NCBI GenBank assembly: GCA_034439575.1
Contig: JAWXAQ010000016.1
Coordinates: 1-64,000 of the forward strand
DNA from: Leptospira sp.
Lineage (GTDB): Bacteria > Spirochaetota > Leptospiria > Leptospirales > Leptospiraceae
Direction of reading: 5' to 3'
Length of the DNA stretch: 64,000 nt
Shown here piece by piece: positions 60,436-64,000 of this stretch (position 1 is the first letter of the stretch; each line of letters starts with the position of its first letter). The position numbers and the translations under genes were made by a program. The notes under the pieces are model-generated. The model was not told where the DNA came from, searched no databases, and was given only the letters and a program-made list of their open reading frames with translations.

Positions 60436-61315
60436 CGCTAATGAACTAATGATGCCAAATGGTGAGATCAATCCGTCGGCATTTGTAAATGATCCAATGA
60501 AGAAACTCGAAAAACTGAGAATTCTTTTCCCTCCAGAAAAGTACAATGTGGTAATGTTCTCGCAGTTTTTAATGAATGCTCTCCCAGAAGGAATCACGCT
60601 AAAGCCGCAATTTGTAAGTGTTACAGATGAAGATTTGTGGGATGAAAAGAACGCAAGCGAGGTTCCACTCAAAAAAGACCATGTAATGTTAAAATCTGAA
60701 AAGGTTATTAATATTGGTCAAGCGGTGGGAATTCGATTAGAAAAAGTTTTGGAAAAGGAAATCGAACTAAGAGGGGTGCCTCACTTACGAATTGAATATG
60801 TAGCCTCTTTGCGATTGCCGGATGGAACGATGGTGCAATCAACACCAACGGGAAAAAATCTGCCGATTCTGACGAAATCTGGTTCTGTACAAGCTCACAT
60901 TCACGAAAGCGTAGATCGCAAAGCAAAACGAAATGCGATTAAAGAAATGCTTTCTATTCCTACGCAAATGAAGCGCACGGAAGCTCAAAAGATGTGGGTT
61001 TGTGTCCGCGCTGTCATCGGTGATGGATCAATTGAATCACAAGCACAAATCAAAACGATCCAGGCTTCCGCTACAGCGGCAACTAACGCTCTTTATAGTG
61101 ACGAAGTTGTTGTGAAGAATGAACCTAAGCCAATCACACCTGATGAGTTCAAAGAGATGATTAAGAACTGCAAGACTTTCGAGGAGTGGGAAACTCTTCG
61201 TGATACTTTAGCCAAGGATATGTTCCCAGACGAAATTACGTTCGAAGGCCTCAAAGCACTTCTCGGAAAGAAATTTCGTGAATCATTTCCAAATGCTGGT
61301 GGAGGCAAGCTATGA
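60425..61315 (+). CDS. Phage hypothetical protein, candidate ssDNA-annealing recombinase
   Basis: RBS AAGGAG; ATGA overlap with sbcD; basic helix ESVDRKAKRNAIKE after a beta-rich region. Confidence 0.5.
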   Translation: MSTNANELMMPNGEINPSAFVNDPMKKLEKLRILFPPEKYNVVMFSQFLMNALPEGITLKPQFVSVTDEDLWDEKNASEVPLKKDHVMLKSEKVINIGQAVGIRLEKVLEKEIELRGVPHLRIEYVASLRLPDGTMVQSTPTGKNLPILTKSGSVQAHIHESVDRKAKRNAIKEMLSIPTQMKRTEAQKMWVCVRAVIGDGSIESQAQIKTIQASATAATNALYSDEVVVKNEPKPITPDEFKEMIKNCKTFEEWETLRDTLAKDMFPDEITFEGLKALLGKKFRESFPNAGGGKL

Positions 61316-62472
61316 TCAAGATAGGCAATATTGCTGACATCCATCTTCAAGGTGGATTCGAATCAAAAGAGGCAGTCGCGCTCTTGAAAGCTGGAGAGAT
61401 CTTCCGAGAGAGAAATGTTGATCTAGTGATAGTTGGCGGAGATGTTTTCGAAGATGTCTCAACAGAGGAACAGAGATTAGTTTTCAAGAAGTTCTTAGAA
61501 GATTTTTTTGCATATACGCCAATTCTAATTATTCGAGGAAACCATGACAAGCCTAGAGAGCTCACCTTATATCATCAGAATAAAGTTCTTGGGAATGTTT
61601 TTGTTTCTGAAAAGCCAGAGATTTTTGATTTCTATATTGGATCCCAAGAAGAGCACGTTAAATTCCTTACCCTCCCTCACTTTTCAGCTGGTGCTCTCGC
61701 TCTCCAATCTGGAAGCGTTGACCAGTTAGGTGAGAAGGGGACCAACGCATTCATGGATCTTTTGGATTCTTACTATCAAGAAATCCAAAAATCAGACTGC
61801 CCTTGTTTCGTTGCATTCCATGGAACGATCTCCGGAGCCAAACTGGATAATGAGAAGATTCCAAGACAAAATGGGATACATCTTCCTCTTCCTCTACTCG
61901 AATCTTTTGGATGTCCAGTCGTAGGCGGTCACTACCACAAGTTGCAAAATGTTGGTGGGAAGGTCTGGTATCCTGGATCGATCACGCGACAAACTTGGGG
62001 CGAACATAAAGACGATAAGGGAATTCTGATTTGGTCATGTAACGAAGGGAAGTGGGACGCGGAACCAGAATTCATTTCCTTGAATCCTGAGCCGATGATA
62101 TCAATTTCGGCAACGTGGGACGGATCCAAATTCATTGGCGAAACTGGAGAAGAGATCAATCTTGAGTCGATTTCAGATTCCAAAGCAAAACTTAGATTCC
62201 GATTCAATGTGGATAAAGAACTTACTCACACGGTTCCAAAAAACCTGAAAGAGATTCTATCATCAATCGATCCTTCAGCAAAAATCGAAAAAACCACTAA
62301 CACGAAAATGGCGGTTCGCAATTCCGAGATTGCAACGACAAACGATATCGAAGAATCTTTGCGGATCTATTTTCAAGGCAAAGGCATGAGCGATTCAGAT
62401 ATCGACGCCCACCTTGCAGAGCGTAGGTTGATTGTTGAATCGGCGGAAATTAAGGAAGAGGTGGCAGCATGA
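61312..62472 (+). CDS. sbcD: SbcD/Mre11-like metallophosphoesterase nuclease
   Basis: ADIHL, GGDVFE, RGNHD, FHG, GGHYH, YPGS..WGE..KG. Confidence 0.9.
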   Translation: MIKIGNIADIHLQGGFESKEAVALLKAGEIFRERNVDLVIVGGDVFEDVSTEEQRLVFKKFLEDFFAYTPILIIRGNHDKPRELTLYHQNKVLGNVFVSEKPEIFDFYIGSQEEHVKFLTLPHFSAGALALQSGSVDQLGEKGTNAFMDLLDSYYQEIQKSDCPCFVAFHGTISGAKLDNEKIPRQNGIHLPLPLLESFGCPVVGGHYHKLQNVGGKVWYPGSITRQTWGEHKDDKGILIWSCNEGKWDAEPEFISLNPEPMISISATWDGSKFIGETGEEINLESISDSKAKLRFRFNVDKELTHTVPKNLKEILSSIDPSAKIEKTTNTKMAVRNSEIATTNDIEESLRIYFQGKGMSDSDIDAHLAERRLIVESAEIKEEVAA

Positions 62473-62963
62473 AAGGCGAGAAAGTAACATTACAATCTAT
62501 TCAAGATGCAAAGAGCAATTTGTATGGAATTCGATCGGACGGAAATCTCAAAAGGGAAACATCTGGAGATCGAGACAAAGAAGTTAGAAGATTGGCGGAG
62601 TTATATCTTTCCATCTTTGATTGTGAACCAGAGCATTTGCTTCCTCCCAATGATTTTCCATCTGAGATCGATGCATCAAATCATGAGCATGGTTTTGGGA
62701 TCACTCCAGAGGAAGTAGCCGAGCTCATGAAGTTCATCAACTTTCAGAATGAAACGAAAGCGAAAATTATTGATCAAAAACGAAGGAGAGATGCCGCAAT
62801 TTTTACCAAGCTTTCAGAAGTTCCGTATCGTGATTGGTTAGCTGGTATGATCTATGCTGGTTACAATAATTTCACAGTGAAAATGTCGGTCGAATACGCA
62901 GACAAAATGATCAAAGAACTTTACCCAATAGAAGGAGAAATCGATGAAGATTCTGGAAATTAG
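62469..62963 (+). CDS. Phage hypothetical protein between sbcD and sbcC
   Basis: RBS GAGG; ATGA overlap with sbcD; also overlaps the sbcC start. Confidence 0.7.
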   Translation: MKGEKVTLQSIQDAKSNLYGIRSDGNLKRETSGDRDKEVRRLAELYLSIFDCEPEHLLPPNDFPSEIDASNHEHGFGITPEEVAELMKFINFQNETKAKIIDQKRRRDAAIFTKLSEVPYRDWLAGMIYAGYNNFTVKMSVEYADKMIKELYPIEGEIDEDSGN

Positions 62964-64000
62964 AAACACGGGATCGATTGCGTTCCCAAAAGGTATTACT
63001 TGGATTCCTGGTGATGATGAGAAGGTCGCAATCATTGGCGACAATGGTTCAGGAAAAACGACTCTTCTTGATACGATCTCAATGGCCTTCTATGGCGTGA
63101 CACCAAACAGACGTTCGGAATCTGGTAGAGAGGAAGGCGCAATTTACGGATGTTTTCAGGAGAAGGCATCTTCAATAGAGGTGAAAGCCGAGATCGACGG
63201 AAAACTTATTCATGTTAAACGTCTGATCGATCCTATTGCGAAAACTCAAAAGCCATATCTCTATGTGGATGGTAAAGCTGTTACGGAAGGAAAAATGAAG
63301 GAATTCAACGAGAAATTCCTAGAATATACTGATCTTCCAGAGGATCTTTTCCTTTCTGCATTGTACCATTCCCAAAGGGGAAAAGGCCATCTCGTATCTC
63401 TCGACCAAGCCGGAGCTCGTGAACTGCTCGGAAATCTTTTAGGATTCCAAGAGTATGATTCGGAATTCGATCTTGTAGATTCTGAGCGCAAGTTAGTTGA
63501 TCAGTCTCTTGCAGCTGATGAAGTCCTTACGAAAAATCTACGAGCTACTATTGCAGAAGAAGATGAAACGAAAGAAAATCTGACTAAGGAAAAAGAAGAA
63601 TCAGTTCGCATTGATAAGGATCTAAGCGATGTTGAGAAGAAAATCACAACCATCCAGCAAGAACTAGCTGATTTGAAATCCGAATCGGTTGGAGTTCGTG
63701 ATCTTCTCGAAAAGCAAACATTGGTTAAAGCCGATATCGGATTACTCGAAAAAGAGATAACTGATTTATCTGAGAGACTCAAAAACAACCTGGCTTTGAA
63801 AGAGAAAGAGCCAGAAATCAAAAAGGCAGTTTCGGATAAAAAGCAAGTAGAAGAGAAGATCGCAGAGCTCGAAAAATCATTATCGAATCAGCTCACAGAT
63901 TTGGAATCCAAAACTAAAGAAATCGAAGAATCTAATAAAACGATCAATTTAGAAATCTCTCGATTAGAAGATGATAAGACCAAGGCACGTAAAGAATTCG
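62944..64000 (+). CDS. sbcC: SbcC/Rad50-like SMC ATPase, 3'-truncated by the window; absent from the ORF track
   Basis: RBS AAGGAG; manual translation [40 protein letters not shown] (Walker A), Q-loop YHSQ, then coiled coil. Confidence 0.92.
   Translation, partial: MKILEIRNTGSIAFPKGITWIPGDDEKVAIIGDNGSGKTTLLDTISMAFYGVTPNRRSESGREEGAIYGCFQEKASSIEVKAEIDGKLIHVKRLIDPIAKTQKPYLYVDGKAVTEGKMKEFNEKFLEYTDLPEDLFLSALYHSQRGKGHLVSLDQAGARELLGNLLGFQEYDSEFDLVDSERKLVDQSLAADEVLTKNLRATIAEEDETKENLTKEKEESVRIDKDLSDVEKKITTIQQELADLKSESVGVRDLLEKQTLVKADIGLLEKEITDLSERLKNNLALKEKEPEIKKAVSDKKQVEEKIAELEKSLSNQLTDLESKTKEIEESNKTINLEISRLEDDKTKARKEF

Larger units (their letters stand above)
57785..64000 (+). mobile_element. Prophage-like early gene region, continuing past the window end
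   Basis: Co-oriented short overlapping ORFs, a KilA-N/ANT antirepressor, phage-type SbcCD, and visibly higher GC and different codon use than the flank. Left boundary is approximate. Confidence 0.8.

Noticed and set aside
63261-63821. Minus-strand ORFs of 76 and 106 aa at the window end
   Set aside because: They are antisense to the clear SbcC frame starting at 62944.
1-64000. CRISPR arrays, tRNA, rRNA and riboswitches
   Set aside because: No regularly spaced repeats or recognisable structured-RNA signatures were seen by eye. A covariance-model scan was not possible, so small ncRNAs cannot be excluded.

Overview
AT-rich bacterial chromosomal DNA whose gene content points to a Leptospira species, probably saprophytic (spirochaetal lipoprotein signal peptides, LruC/DUF4842, DUF1566 and FecR-type lipoproteins). 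This assignment is inferred, not searched. From left to right: (1) a two-component cluster with a hybrid kinase that carries a second, degenerate kinase module, two NarL regulators and a convergent degenerate kinase; (2) housekeeping genes (alr, class-V aminotransferase, BASS symporter, rpmG missed by the ORF track, dksA-like); (3) three tandem LruC-domain lipoproteins that also have C-terminal membrane anchors; (4) ubiE/menG, exbB/exbD, lepB, PAS kinase, REC-SpoIIE, dinB, sthA and an ECF sigma/FecR pair; (5) a TetR-associated locus with five GTAG-N7-CTAC palindromes, a very short adaptor-like protein, a 1443-aa RND-TolC fusion containing an internal signal peptide, DUF2141, an SDR and a DUF3291-like protein; (6) a DUF1566 lipoprotein, an ECF42-type sigma/YciI operon and an IS1595 remnant; (7) core genes including HIT, ROK kinase, an ABC transporter, a TM-TPR protein with a degenerate Mrr-like domain, ruvA and DUF2225; (8) from about 57.8 kb, a prophage-like early operon (KilA-N/ANT antirepressor, candidate ssDNA-annealing protein, SbcD, and SbcC running off the window end). 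No rRNA, tRNA or CRISPR array was seen. All family calls come from motif recognition by eye.
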